Below are positions 1 through 9,988 of a DNA stretch of 64,000 nucleotides, in pieces (within the stretch, counting starts at the first letter, position 1; the number at the start of each line of letters is the position of its first letter). A model generated the notes under the pieces. The model was not told the origin of the DNA. It worked only from the letters and a program-made list of their open reading frames with translations, and did no database searches. Origin of the DNA: a virus; the IMG/VR virus record IMGVR_UViG_3300046318_000144, positions 20,770-84,769 of that record. One strand, given 5' to 3'. The position numbers were made by a program, and so were the translations under genes.

Positions 1-2
1 CT

Positions 3-2010
3 GGCGCGACGGGGGCAACTGGTCTAACTGGTGCGACGGGTGCAACGGGAGCTACTGGAGCTCAAGGTGCAACTGGACCACAGGGTGCAACGGGAGCTAC
101 AGGTCCAACTGGTGCTACGGGTGCAACGGGAGCTACAGGTCCAACAGGTGCTACGGGTGCAACGGGAGCCACAGGTGCGCAAGGTATATCTATAACCTAT
201 GTAGGTTCAGTATCTACTGAATCTGCACTACCAACTGACGGGGTATCTGTAAATGACGCTTATATAGTTGATGATATCGGGGATTTATTTGTTTGGGGAA
301 ACTCTGGATGGACTAATGTTGGACAAATTGTTGGTCCAACTGGTTCTCAGGGTATTCAAGGACCGACAGGTGCAACTGGTGCAGTTGGAGCTACTGGAGC
401 TACTGGACCTCAGGGAGCAGTAGGCCCAACAGGGGCAACAGGGGCAACAGGAAGTACTGGCGCTATTGGAGCTACGGGAGCTACTGGAGCTACTGGACCT
501 CAGGGAGCAGTAGGCCCAACAGGTTCAGTTGGAGCAACTGGTGCAACTGGTGCAACGGGTGCTATAGGTGCTACGGGTGCAACAGGTCCACAGGGAACAG
601 AAGGTCCAACTGGACCTCAAGGGTTAGTTGGGTATACTGGACCAACAGGTGCTAATGGTGTAGACGGAGCTACTGGCCCCACAGGTGCAACGGGAGCAAC
701 GGGCGCAACGGGTCCAACAGGAGCTGCTTCAACGGTAACTGGTCCTACGGGTGCGCAAGGTACGACAGGTGCAACGGGCGCGACGGGTGCTACTGGACTT
801 CAAGGTGCAACTGGAGCAACTGGAGCAACTGGTGCTTCTGGTCCTACGGGCGCGACTGGAGCAGTTGGAGCTACGGGTGCTACGGGACCGACTGGTCCTC
901 AGGGGGCAACGGGAGCTACGGGTGCATCAAGCACAGTACCTGGACCTACTGGTTCACAAGGCGTTCAAGGTGTTCAGGGTCCAACTGGCGCACAAGGTGC
1001 TACTGGGGCTACTGGGCCTACGGGACCCATAGGACAGACTGGCCCAACTGGTGCAGCCTCGACAGTCACAGGTCCGACTGGTGCTACTGGACCGACAGGT
1101 CCTACTGGAGCTGACTCAACTGTCACTGGCCCAACGGGCTCGACTGGACCATTAGGAGCTCAGGGACCAACTGGACCAACTGGCTCGCAGGGGCCAACTG
1201 GTGCTACAGGTGAGCGCGGTGGCCTTCACTACACTTTCAGTACAACAACAACAATGTCAGACCCAGGTAATGGGTTTATAAGATTTAACAACGCAACAAT
1301 ATCTTCAGTAACTGCTATAGCAATAGATGATCTAACTAAAGAAGGTACTGATCTATCAAACTATCTACTAACGTTTGATGACTCTACTGCTACATCAGTA
1401 AAAGGTCACTTAATAATTCAAAGTAATACTGCATCAGATGCAACTTACTGCATATTTGCATTAACAGCTTTAACTGATAACGTGGGATGGACTCAGTTTG
1501 CTGTTTCATATGTTTCTGGAACTCTTCCCAGTAACGCAGAAGTAATTTCACTATCCTTTAGCAGATTAGGTGATGTAGGAGCCACTGGTGCTACTGGAGC
1601 TTCTGGTGCAACTGGGCCCACTGGACCATCTGGTGGTCCTACGGGACCCACTGGTGCGACTGGAGCACAAGGTCCACAAGGTCCACAGGGTATTCAAGGT
1701 GTAGAAGGTCCAACTGGACCTGCAGGTGCTGACGGAATTATCGGTGTTGACGGTGCAACTGGTCCTACAGGCCCTACTGGTCCAACAGGTGCTATGGGTG
1801 CAGCTAGCACCGTAACTGGTCCTACAGGTGCAACTGGGCCTACAGGTCCTGCAGGTACCGATGGAATTATCGGTGTTGACGGTGCAACTGGTCCTACAGG
1901 TGCAACTGGTGCGACTGGACCGACTGGAGCTACAGGTGCAACTGGAGCTGACTCAACTGTCACAGGCCCAACTGGTGCGACTGGAGCTACAGGTCCGAGT
2001 GCTACACTAT
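3..2010 (+). repeat. Degenerate 9-bp (Gly-X-Thr codon) tandem repeats within the collagen gene
   Basis: GGN-GCN/CCN-ACN periodicity, with longer internal duplications (e.g. around 390-434 and 480-524). Confidence 0.9.
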
Positions 2011-3149
2011 CTGCAACTAATACTGTAGTTGTTGGTAAGTTATCTAGTGATCAATCAATTGCTTCAGCTACTAATGACATACTTATCTCATTCGTAGATG
2101 ATATTGATCCCAATAACTGGTGGGACCCAACAGCTAAGCAATTTAAACCAAACATTGCAGGATACTACAACGTCACTCTACAGGTGTGGTGGACTGCTGC
2201 TGGAACTACAACAAACCAGTACAACGTTCAAATTAGAAAGAATAGCAGCACCTCCGCTATCTTTCAGAACCAGACAGTAACAGGCTCTGGTACATCTCAA
2301 GGTGGAAGCAGGATTATCTACCTCGACGGTTCGACTGACTACATAGATTTCACTGCATACAATGGTGACTCATCATCTAGAAGCCTCCAATGGGGTGGCG
2401 CTGGTCAGGGAACTTGGTTCTCTGCATCACTAACAACTGTAGGTGTCGGAGCAACTGGTCCAACGGGGCCAGCTGGAACTAACGGCACTATTGGTGTTGA
2501 CGGTGCAACTGGACCAACTGGTGCTACAGGACCGACTGGACCATCTGGACATTACACAGTATCTGAAACGGCTCCATCTAGTCCTTCAGTCGGAGATATT
2601 TGGTTTGATTCAGCTACTGGAAGAACTTACATCTACTACGACAGCTACTGGGTAGAATCTTTCTCTAACTTGGTAGGACCCACTGGTCCTCAAGGCCCTA
2701 GTGGCTCTTATTGGAGTAGAGTAGTACTCTCTACATCTATAGCAAACTCCAACGCTACTGCCAACACTCTTGCAGATTTAACTGGTCTAGAGTTTGCAGT
2801 AGTTACAGGAAATACCTACTATTTCAAAGGCATTTTCCAATATACTGCTGCAGCCAATACTACTGGATCTAGGTGGACTATTACTGGCCCAGCTTCTCCT
2901 ACATACCTATCCTTCGAGTCATCAGTTGTAGCCGCCACTACTGGTTCGTACAATATCTTCACTAACAATGCCTACGGGTCACCAGCTGTATCAGCTGCAT
3001 CACTCACGACAGGCAACATAGCAGTGCTAGAAGGATTTATAAAACCATCTGCTGATGGTACAGTTAAGTTCCAATTCTCTTCAGAAATCTCAAACTCTGC
3101 TATTACAGCACTACCAGGCTCATTCATCGAGTATGGTCAAGTATTATAG
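3..3149 (+). CDS. Collagen-like fibre protein (5'-partial, >=1048 aa) with GXT repeats, interspersed globular domains and a C1q-like domain
   Basis: Frame starting at nt 3 (GGC GCG ACG...) reads Gly-X-Thr repeats and is in frame with the track ORF 1254..3149; non-collagen inserts [16 protein letters not shown]...[14 protein letters not shown] and [15 protein letters not shown]; C1q-like segment ...[17 protein letters not shown]. Confidence 0.85.
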   Translation, partial: GATGATGLTGATGATGATGAQGATGPQGATGATGPTGATGATGATGPTGATGATGATGAQGISITYVGSVSTESALPTDGVSVNDAYIVDDIGDLFVWGNSGWTNVGQIVGPTGSQGIQGPTGATGAVGATGATGPQGAVGPTGATGATGSTGAIGATGATGATGPQGAVGPTGSVGATGATGATGAIGATGATGPQGTEGPTGPQGLVGYTGPTGANGVDGATGPTGATGATGATGPTGAASTVTGPTGAQGTTGATGATGATGLQGATGATGATGASGPTGATGAVGATGATGPTGPQGATGATGASSTVPGPTGSQGVQGVQGPTGAQGATGATGPTGPIGQTGPTGAASTVTGPTGATGPTGPTGADSTVTGPTGSTGPLGAQGPTGPTGSQGPTGATGERGGLHYTFSTTTTMSDPGNGFIRFNNATISSVTAIAIDDLTKEGTDLSNYLLTFDDSTATSVKGHLIIQSNTASDATYCIFALTALTDNVGWTQFAVSYVSGTLPSNAEVISLSFSRLGDVGATGATGASGATGPTGPSGGPTGPTGATGAQGPQGPQGIQGVEGPTGPAGADGIIGVDGATGPTGPTGPTGAMGAASTVTGPTGATGPTGPAGTDGIIGVDGATGPTGATGATGPTGATGATGADSTVTGPTGATGATGPSATLSATNTVVVGKLSSDQSIASATNDILISFVDDIDPNNWWDPTAKQFKPNIAGYYNVTLQVWWTAAGTTTNQYNVQIRKNSSTSAIFQNQTVTGSGTSQGGSRIIYLDGSTDYIDFTAYNGDSSSRSLQWGGAGQGTWFSASLTTVGVGATGPTGPAGTNGTIGVDGATGPTGATGPTGPSGHYTVSETAPSSPSVGDIWFDSATGRTYIYYDSYWVESFSNLVGPTGPQGPSGSYWSRVVLSTSIANSNATANTLADLTGLEFAVVTGNTYYFKGIFQYTAAANTTGSRWTITGPASPTYLSFESSVVAATTGSYNIFTNNAYGSPAVSAASLTTGNIAVLEGFIKPSADGTVKFQFSSEISNSAITALPGSFIEYGQVL

Positions 3150-3162
3150 GAATAGATAACAC

Positions 3163-4422
3163 ATGACAGCAATAGATTTTCCTAATAGCCCCTCCGTCGG
3201 TAATACCCACAGTGCTGGAGGTAGAACTTGGATATGGACTGGGTCAGTTTGGAACGCAGTAGAGACTACTTCAGTTGGAGGTGCGACTGGACCGACTGGC
3301 CCTACTGGTCCACAATCTACAGTAACTGGCCCCACGGGTGCAACTGGCGCGACTGGACCTACTGGCCCCTACCTAACTAGTGCTTATACATTTTCAGCTA
3401 CAACTACTAACTCTGACCCTGGAAATGGTATTTTTAGATTAAATACTGCAAATGCTAGCCTAACTACTGCTATTTATATTGATAATCAAGATATAGGAAC
3501 TACTAGCCGAACTGCTTGGTACGATACTTGGGATGACTCTAGTAGCACTATAAAAGGTATTCTAAATATAACTAATACAGTATCTCCTAGTGATTCTGTC
3601 ACATTTACCATAACTGGGTCAGTCGGGGCTGGAGCTGGATACTACTCAATACCAGTTAGCTATCTCGCTGGTAACACTCCAACAGGATCAGCAGTATATG
3701 CAATAAGTTTTTATAGGTATGGAGACCTAGGATCTACAGGACCTCAGGGCTCTCAGGGAGTTACAGGACCGTCAGGAGCTACTGGTCCGACAGGTCCACT
3801 CGGTCTAGGTCTAAATATTTTAGACTATTACGCAAATTTAACTGCACTCCAATCAGCGCATCCTACTGGATCAGCTGGGCAAATGTACTTAGTATCAGAC
3901 ACTGTATACATCTGGGATACTGGAACATCAGCCTGGGTAGCATCTAATTTCGTATACCCATCGCTAACTTCTTATGTAACCTTAACTGGTACAGAAACTT
4001 TAACTAATAAAACCCTACAATCACCATCATTAACTGGACAAGCAAAAGAAACAATAACCACTGTTGGTACAGGATTTGCAACTTCTTATAACTTTGATGT
4101 AGCTACTTCAGCTGTTGTATACATAACTGCAAACTCTACTGCAAATGGAACTGTAAACTTTAGAGCTAGCTCAGGGGCCTCGCTAGATTCATTCATGTCC
4201 ACGGGGCAATCAGTTACATGTACACTACTTTTAACAAATTCAAGCCCAGCTTATTACCCAAATGCTTTTCAAATAGATGGAAGTTCAGTAACCCCTAAAT
4301 GGGCTGGAGGAACTGCACCAACATCTGGAAATGCTTCATCAGTTGATATGTACTCATTCACTATTGTAAAAACTGCTAGTGCTACTTTTACAGTATTAGC
4401 TACTCAGTTGAAGTACGCATAA
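3163..4422 (+). CDS. Collagen-repeat structural/fibre protein
   Basis: Short GPT/GAT runs; shares the YTFSxTTTxSDPGNG domain with the upstream gene; C-terminal phage fibre-type beta domain (WAGGTAPTSG...VDMYSFT). Confidence 0.75.
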   Translation: MTAIDFPNSPSVGNTHSAGGRTWIWTGSVWNAVETTSVGGATGPTGPTGPQSTVTGPTGATGATGPTGPYLTSAYTFSATTTNSDPGNGIFRLNTANASLTTAIYIDNQDIGTTSRTAWYDTWDDSSSTIKGILNITNTVSPSDSVTFTITGSVGAGAGYYSIPVSYLAGNTPTGSAVYAISFYRYGDLGSTGPQGSQGVTGPSGATGPTGPLGLGLNILDYYANLTALQSAHPTGSAGQMYLVSDTVYIWDTGTSAWVASNFVYPSLTSYVTLTGTETLTNKTLQSPSLTGQAKETITTVGTGFATSYNFDVATSAVVYITANSTANGTVNFRASSGASLDSFMSTGQSVTCTLLLTNSSPAYYPNAFQIDGSSVTPKWAGGTAPTSGNASSVDMYSFTIVKTASATFTVLATQLKYA

Positions 4423-4423
4423 T

Positions 4424-5089
4424 ATGCCTATATTAAGTTCAATAGCAAATGCCAGTAGAGCACTAAAAGGTAAATTTGTTTTTCTTAATTACACTAGTTT
4501 TTCTACTTTTCAAAATGATGGAATAGCTTATTTCGGAGCACCATACGAGCCACAAATAATAAATAACTACATATACCTAACACGTCTTAATTTTGGTAAT
4601 GCTGCTACTGTTTATTTTAAAAATAGTAGAAATTTTGATAGAAGTTTTTCTCTAAGTTGCAATATTGAAGCATCTGGTGCCACCGTTGAAGCAGATGGAT
4701 TTTGCATTCAATGGACTGCAACAAATAATAGCTATGGAACTGGTGGTTCCAATGCTGGTCGTATTGCAGATGCTGCTACAATACATGCAATATCATTTAG
4801 AACATACCAAACTGACTCTATAGTTTGGCATAAAAATAACGTACAACAAGCTACAGCGACTCCAGCTATAGGAATTGGAACTAACCTATACGTATGGCTA
4901 GATTACGTACATGAGACTCAGACTGCTTACCTTTACTACAGTACAACTAGTACTAAGCCAGGTTCAGCACAGCAAACATATACTTCTTTTGTTTTTGATA
5001 CTGGATCTTACTATTTTAGTATTGGTGCTGGTAGTGGTACATACTCAGATAATCAATTTGTTAAAACAATTAATTTAACTTTTAACTAG
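4424..5089 (+). CDS. L-type lectin/ConA-like beta-sandwich protein, putative receptor binding
   Basis: ADGFCIQW, AISFRTY, VWLDY and FSIGAGSG motifs resemble the legume-lectin fold; follows the fibre genes. Confidence 0.6.
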   Translation: MPILSSIANASRALKGKFVFLNYTSFSTFQNDGIAYFGAPYEPQIINNYIYLTRLNFGNAATVYFKNSRNFDRSFSLSCNIEASGATVEADGFCIQWTATNNSYGTGGSNAGRIADAATIHAISFRTYQTDSIVWHKNNVQQATATPAIGIGTNLYVWLDYVHETQTAYLYYSTTSTKPGSAQQTYTSFVFDTGSYYFSIGAGSGTYSDNQFVKTINLTFN

Positions 5090-5213
5090 AACTCTCATGT
5101 TTCTTCTCGCAATCTCTCGCAAGAACAGTGACCACGTATAGCTTTTTACAGACACTACACATATAGGGGTCTGGTTTTCTAGTATTCTGTTGCAATAGAG
5201 TTCTTTCGGTCAA
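5082..5213 (-). CDS. Small zinc-finger protein, 43 aa (not in ORF track)
   Basis: TTG start; MTERTLLQQNTRKPDPYMCSVCKKLYVVTVLARDCEKKHESSS contains CxxC-x12-CxxxH. Confidence 0.6.
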   Translation of the reverse strand: MTERTLLQQNTRKPDPYMCSVCKKLYVVTVLARDCEKKHESSS

Positions 5214-5242
5214 ATGACTTATATCTAATTATCTCACGAAAG

Positions 5243-5267
5243 AAAAAAGACGAGCCTTAGCTCGTCT
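5243..5267 (-). terminator. Rho-independent terminator after the primase-helicase gene
   Basis: AGACGAGC-TAAG-GCTCGTCT stem followed by a T-tract on the minus strand. Confidence 0.8.
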
Positions 5268-5272
5268 ATTCT

Positions 5273-7870
5273 CTAGAAGTTTCTAGCAAATCTAGTTGCT
5301 TCTCCCCAGTTTACTTCTGCTGATGGCACTGGTCTAGGGATAAGTAGTCGGTTATGAATATCAGCTCTAGCACCTTGCCCCTCAATCTTTAGACCACGGT
5401 CTGACAGTTTACGCTGAAACCCAATCTGAGATAGCGGACGCTCTCCACGCTCTTCTGACCACATGCGGTATACAGAATATAGAGATTTAACCGAAATTGA
5501 AGCTCCCTCTGATTCCAAAGTTTCTTCATCCAAGAACATACCAATACGGTCTTCATTCTTTCGATAGATTTCAGCCGCGTCTTTTACAGCGGCACACCAG
5601 CCAAGAGGATCTCTAGCTCCAGAGTTTAGATACTTAATTGCACCCTCTACTGCCCAAGCAAGTACCGCTGGAAGACCACCCTCTGGGTCAGCTAAGTAAG
5701 CCTTCAAATCTGGATCTGGGTTCTCAGCAACATAACTCCAAGGAATCGGGCGAAGACGACGCCACATAGCTTCATCATTAATGATAGGTCGGTGGTTAGT
5801 AGTAACCCACAGCTTACCCTGAGCCTTAAAAGTAAATGGCTTTTCACCAGGAGAACGGCCTTGAATAGTAGATGAACCAGTAAGTTGCTTGATTTGATTC
5901 TCATTGATACGCTCTGACTCTGGCAACTCATCTACCCAAATCATACGCTTACCACGGAGTTCAGCTAGGTAGTACTGGTGAGACGAGTTATTACTATTAG
6001 CAGCAGCTAGCATCTCAGATGGTAGAGTTCCAGCGTATTGCTCAGTACCTAGAGCTTCAACTACAGTTTCAACAAAAGTATTCTTACCAGAACCAGCTGG
6101 ACCATACACAAGGAATAGTACATCCTGATTACTCATACCAGTTAGTGAATAACCAACTGCACGCTGAATCCAGTCCTGAAGTTCCTTGTCTCCACCAGTA
6201 GCAAAGTCAATAAACTGCTCCCAGCGGACATTTCTAATTCCAGGGGTATAGGCAACAGGGGCACGCTTAGTGATGTATAGCTCTGGCTTACCTTTAACTA
6301 GCTCTCCAGTGCGTAGATCAATAACACCATTAGCAACACCTAGCAGGTTCAAGTCACCATCCCACTGCTCTACACCAACAATAATACGTGGGTCAGAGAT
6401 AGCACTACGAACCATACCACTTAGACGAGTGTTAGATTTAGCTTGATTAGCCCATTTGACTAAGTCTTGCTTTTTCTGCTGGTCACTTTCTCCCCAGTTT
6501 GCAGTCTCAGCTGCAATCATTGGAGAGATACGCTTAGCTAACTCAGACATTTCTAGTTCTTCTTGATCTGGCTTCCAATATGTTCCATTCCAGTGGAACC
6601 AGCCAAGACCAACGCTGTAGCGGATAGCAGAACCATAAGCATCAACTAGACGACGACCATTACCGACATCAGTAAGAGTACGTTTACCAGGGATACCACC
6701 ATCATCTTCCGATACAGCATCGACGTCACTAGGGATATCAATGTTTCCGTTACTAGATGCGTCTCGAACTGATAAACCATCACTCACCAACTGCGAAATA
6801 GCATCTCCATAGTTGGTTGGCTTTGACTGCTCCGACTTACTAACTCCCTCATTCTGAGACTGTTCAGCCCACTTCTGACCCTGCTCCCAGTCAGATAGCC
6901 CTGGCCACATTCTGTCAGTTTTAGGGTTTTCGGCAACAAAATCCATAGCACGTCGAACATGCATTAGTAAAGAGTTTGGTCCCTCCAGCTCCATTGGTGG
7001 ACGGACCTTCTCGTAGTTAAATCGAATCATCATTGTTTCGACCATCATACGAGCATCTGAAGATGTTCCATATTTATTAGCTAAAGCGCACCCTAGTTTA
7101 TAGATATCTACAGCACGAGAACCCTCATCGATTCCCTCTTCAATAAACTTCTCGATATTGACTTTTTCGCCACGATATTCGAGACCAGTCATCCAGTCCC
7201 AGGTGCCATCGCCATATGAAGATGAACCAGACTTTTTATTACCTTTACGGAGAGCTTCTAAAAGTTCTTCAGGGGCTTCCGCCATTTCAAGCTCCCATGG
7301 AGCATGACCTGGCTTCCAATCATAAATATTCCCAGAGAAGTGGCGCGACGGGGAGATTAGCACATACCCATTGTGCTTAATGTCAATACCTTTTAGACCG
7401 CTTTTTTGTAGGTTACCTACTAGCTGCTCATCTGGACTGCACTTGTAGTAGAGGTGACGACCACGAACTACTTTACCACCGATGTTGTACTCACCAGTAA
7501 GGGCCTCGACTGTGGGCGGGAGGTTTCCATCTACAAGATTTTCAAAAATTTCAAAAGAGTTTTCACCATCAGAGCGTGGGTCAATATCTATTACTAGGAA
7601 TCCAGACGGTGCGCAAAAAACACCAATGTTATAGTCAGGATTCTGGTCCCACCACGTGGAAACTAAATAACGGTCATCAGTAGCTTTATCGTTCCACTGG
7701 CCAATAGCTGGGTGCTTACCAACATCTTTTGGCTCATTGTGAGGACTGTTACAGGTGCAGCGACCTCCAGCATCGATACCGTGGCACGGCATAATCTTCC
7801 AGCCTTGACTGGCATACCAAGATGCACCTTTAACAAGTCGACCATTGCCTGCGGACTCCCATGAAGACAT
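5273..7870 (-). CDS. Bifunctional primase-polymerase fused to a D5-like SF3 helicase
   Basis: N-terminal prim-pol motifs (KHP, NIG, VIDID, GRHLYY, GIDIK); Walker A GPAGSGKNT; WVDE; WVTTNHRP; AMWRRL. Confidence 0.92.
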   Translation of the reverse strand: MSSWESAGNGRLVKGASWYASQGWKIMPCHGIDAGGRCTCNSPHNEPKDVGKHPAIGQWNDKATDDRYLVSTWWDQNPDYNIGVFCAPSGFLVIDIDPRSDGENSFEIFENLVDGNLPPTVEALTGEYNIGGKVVRGRHLYYKCSPDEQLVGNLQKSGLKGIDIKHNGYVLISPSRHFSGNIYDWKPGHAPWELEMAEAPEELLEALRKGNKKSGSSSYGDGTWDWMTGLEYRGEKVNIEKFIEEGIDEGSRAVDIYKLGCALANKYGTSSDARMMVETMMIRFNYEKVRPPMELEGPNSLLMHVRRAMDFVAENPKTDRMWPGLSDWEQGQKWAEQSQNEGVSKSEQSKPTNYGDAISQLVSDGLSVRDASSNGNIDIPSDVDAVSEDDGGIPGKRTLTDVGNGRRLVDAYGSAIRYSVGLGWFHWNGTYWKPDQEELEMSELAKRISPMIAAETANWGESDQQKKQDLVKWANQAKSNTRLSGMVRSAISDPRIIVGVEQWDGDLNLLGVANGVIDLRTGELVKGKPELYITKRAPVAYTPGIRNVRWEQFIDFATGGDKELQDWIQRAVGYSLTGMSNQDVLFLVYGPAGSGKNTFVETVVEALGTEQYAGTLPSEMLAAANSNNSSHQYYLAELRGKRMIWVDELPESERINENQIKQLTGSSTIQGRSPGEKPFTFKAQGKLWVTTNHRPIINDEAMWRRLRPIPWSYVAENPDPDLKAYLADPEGGLPAVLAWAVEGAIKYLNSGARDPLGWCAAVKDAAEIYRKNEDRIGMFLDEETLESEGASISVKSLYSVYRMWSEERGERPLSQIGFQRKLSDRGLKIEGQGARADIHNRLLIPRPVPSAEVNWGEATRFARNF

Positions 7871-7931
7871 TAGTCACTCACCTTAATTTCGTCATTTTCG
7901 ATACTCATAATTCTCCCAAATATGTAGTAAT

Positions 7932-7960
7932 AGATTACAGCAAAAGTCGACAAATGTAAA
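7932..7960 (-). promoter_or_regulatory. SigA-type promoter for the primase-helicase gene
   Basis: TTTACA-17 nt-TAATCT on the minus strand in the divergent intergenic region. Confidence 0.5.
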
Positions 7961-8095
7961 ACTTAAGCCAAAAATTTTTAAACTGACCGAAAATAGCTGA
8001 CCTAACAGCTTGCCGAAATCAGGGCGACCCAGATGGGGTAAAATTATAGGAACGAACCTAATCGATTCTCTACACAGTAAGAACTATTATAGACC

Positions 8096-8461
8096 ATGTC
8101 AGTGGAACTTATATTAACCATAGCAGCTGTAATTACAGCTCTAGGTGTAATCATCGGATCAATTGTGGCTATCTACCGAGTAGCCAGACGCATTGGTGAT
8201 GCTATCGGCGTTGACCGCTCTGGAAGAACTCTATCAGAAAGATTAGAGCGAGTAGAGCACCAACTTTGGGAAAATGGTGGAAGCTCGTTGGCTGATAGAG
8301 TAAACAACATTGACACTGCAGTTATTAAAATTTCAGCAGAAGTAGAGTTCATAAAAAATTTAGTAGTAGCGGCAGCGCAGATTCCAGCTCCGCAAGTCCA
8401 TCTAGTAGAGGAATCGACGACACAACCAGTACGTAAAACACGTGCAAAAAAGGCTAGTTAG
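8096..8461 (+). CDS. Single-TM membrane protein with coiled coil (possibly holin/lysis-associated)
   Basis: N-terminal hydrophobic helix followed by LSERLERVEHQL...NGGSSLADRV. Confidence 0.6.
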   Translation: MSVELILTIAAVITALGVIIGSIVAIYRVARRIGDAIGVDRSGRTLSERLERVEHQLWENGGSSLADRVNNIDTAVIKISAEVEFIKNLVVAAAQIPAPQVHLVEESTTQPVRKTRAKKAS

Positions 8462-8501
8462 TTTTAGTTTTATACGCTAGAATAAAAAAGACAAATGACA
8501 T

Positions 8502-8789
8502 ATGAAGGAGTACGGCTTGTCCTCTCTATCTCAGAAGCTTACACAAGCATCGGAAGAGTCATCAACACTACTATGCAAACTGGGTAACTTACTAACTCCA
8601 AAAAGTAAGCTTAACAAAGAAGAAAAATCCCAGCTTCAAGAAATCCTAAACGCCCCTAGTGACGACCCAACGAGAGTGTCAAACTCGACGCTGGCTCAGG
8701 TGTTACGGGAAGAGGGTTTTGACATATCAAATAGTTCTGTCGATAGACATCGACGAAAAACCTGTTCTTGTTATCGGAAGGTAAAGTAA
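8502..8789 (+). CDS. Small HTH-like protein
   Basis: SNSTLAQVLREEGFDISNSSVDRHRRKTCSC; stop abuts the next start (TAAATG). Confidence 0.6.
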   Translation: MKEYGLSSLSQKLTQASEESSTLLCKLGNLLTPKSKLNKEEKSQLQEILNAPSDDPTRVSNSTLAQVLREEGFDISNSSVDRHRRKTCSCYRKVK

Positions 8790-9983
8790 ATGAGCTTGGG
8801 AGAGCGATTAAGTAAACTGGCTAGTCCAGGAGTTACTGGTTCGGACATTAAAAGTTTAAACATTCCAGAAGATTGGCGTCCAAGAATGGATGTTGATACT
8901 TCAAAGGGCGGGTTTGTTATCTCAAAACCCAGACCATCCGCAGAAATACCAGACGCTACTGCCATCTTAGAAGAGTTTGGGTTGGACCCAAATGACTGGA
9001 TAGTCTCCTCCATGAGAAGAGGTAAATGGCAGAAGTATGATGGAGAGTTTTTAGAATCCGTAAGAGTAAATCTAACTCCAGCTGGTGTTAATTATAGGGA
9101 CCAGTTAGATGCTGAACAACTTATAGATGAAATTAAAAAGTGGCGTCCAGAGCGCGGAGTAAAGAGTTCTACAGGAAAAGGTGCATATCTTATTGCACCT
9201 AGCGACCAGCAGATTGGTAAGAAGGCTGGAGATGGTGGAACTGAACAGTCTATAGAGCGAATCCTTAATCTAACTCAGGGAGCAGTGAATAAGTATGAAA
9301 GTTATCGCAAGATTGGTCTCGACATTGGAACTATTGTTCTTGCTCTTCCTGGTGACCACGTGGAGGGAATCGTCAGCCAAAATGGACGACTCCAAGGACA
9401 AGCAGCCTCGGACTTAGGTCTAACCGAGCAAGTACGTGTTGCACGTCGTCTATTGATGGCTCAGATTAAAGCGTTTGCTCCACTAGCCGAGAACATGGTT
9501 GTTCCAGTAGTAAATGGTAACCACGACGAGGTAACTCGTCAGGTTGCTGCAGACCCAGCTGACGGTTGGAACGTAGAGATTGCTTCGGCAGTACAAGACG
9601 CTTGCGCTGAGAACCCATCACTACAGCACGTACAGTTTAGATATCCATCATCTGGACATCAAACATTGGCAGTAGACATCTGCGGCACTACCTTAGGGCT
9701 ATTTCATGGACATCAGTCACGCGACGCTGTGAAGTATCTATCAGGACAAGCAGCAGGTCAAACTGCACTTGGTATGGCAGATGTTTGGATCTCTGGACAC
9801 TTTCACAACTTTACATGTAAAGATATTGGCCACCGCCTATGGGTACAAGCTCCTACCACCGATCCTGGATCAGATTGGTATAGAGACTTTTCTGGAATGC
9901 AATCTAAGCCAGGACTATTGACTATGGTTTTAGGTGGAGACTTTGACCCACGAGAATTTATTAACGTACTCCCGACTAAGTAG
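8790..9983 (+). CDS. Calcineurin-like metallophosphoesterase (Mre11-like nuclease family)
   Basis: Motifs SDQQIG, GDHVEG, GNHD, FHGH, GHFH. Confidence 0.85.
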   Translation: MSLGERLSKLASPGVTGSDIKSLNIPEDWRPRMDVDTSKGGFVISKPRPSAEIPDATAILEEFGLDPNDWIVSSMRRGKWQKYDGEFLESVRVNLTPAGVNYRDQLDAEQLIDEIKKWRPERGVKSSTGKGAYLIAPSDQQIGKKAGDGGTEQSIERILNLTQGAVNKYESYRKIGLDIGTIVLALPGDHVEGIVSQNGRLQGQAASDLGLTEQVRVARRLLMAQIKAFAPLAENMVVPVVNGNHDEVTRQVAADPADGWNVEIASAVQDACAENPSLQHVQFRYPSSGHQTLAVDICGTTLGLFHGHQSRDAVKYLSGQAAGQTALGMADVWISGHFHNFTCKDIGHRLWVQAPTTDPGSDWYRDFSGMQSKPGLLTMVLGGDFDPREFINVLPTK

Positions 9984-9988
9984 GAATT

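Noticed and set aside
3-2010. Regular repeats as a possible CRISPR array or non-coding satellite
   Set aside because: Codon-phased Gly-X-Thr repeats with wobble variation and no unique spacers
751-3335. Track ORFs 751..1032, 1694..1963, 1828..2028, 2098..2280, 2443..2655 and 3144..3335
   Set aside because: Alternative-frame or antisense shadows of the repetitive collagen genes
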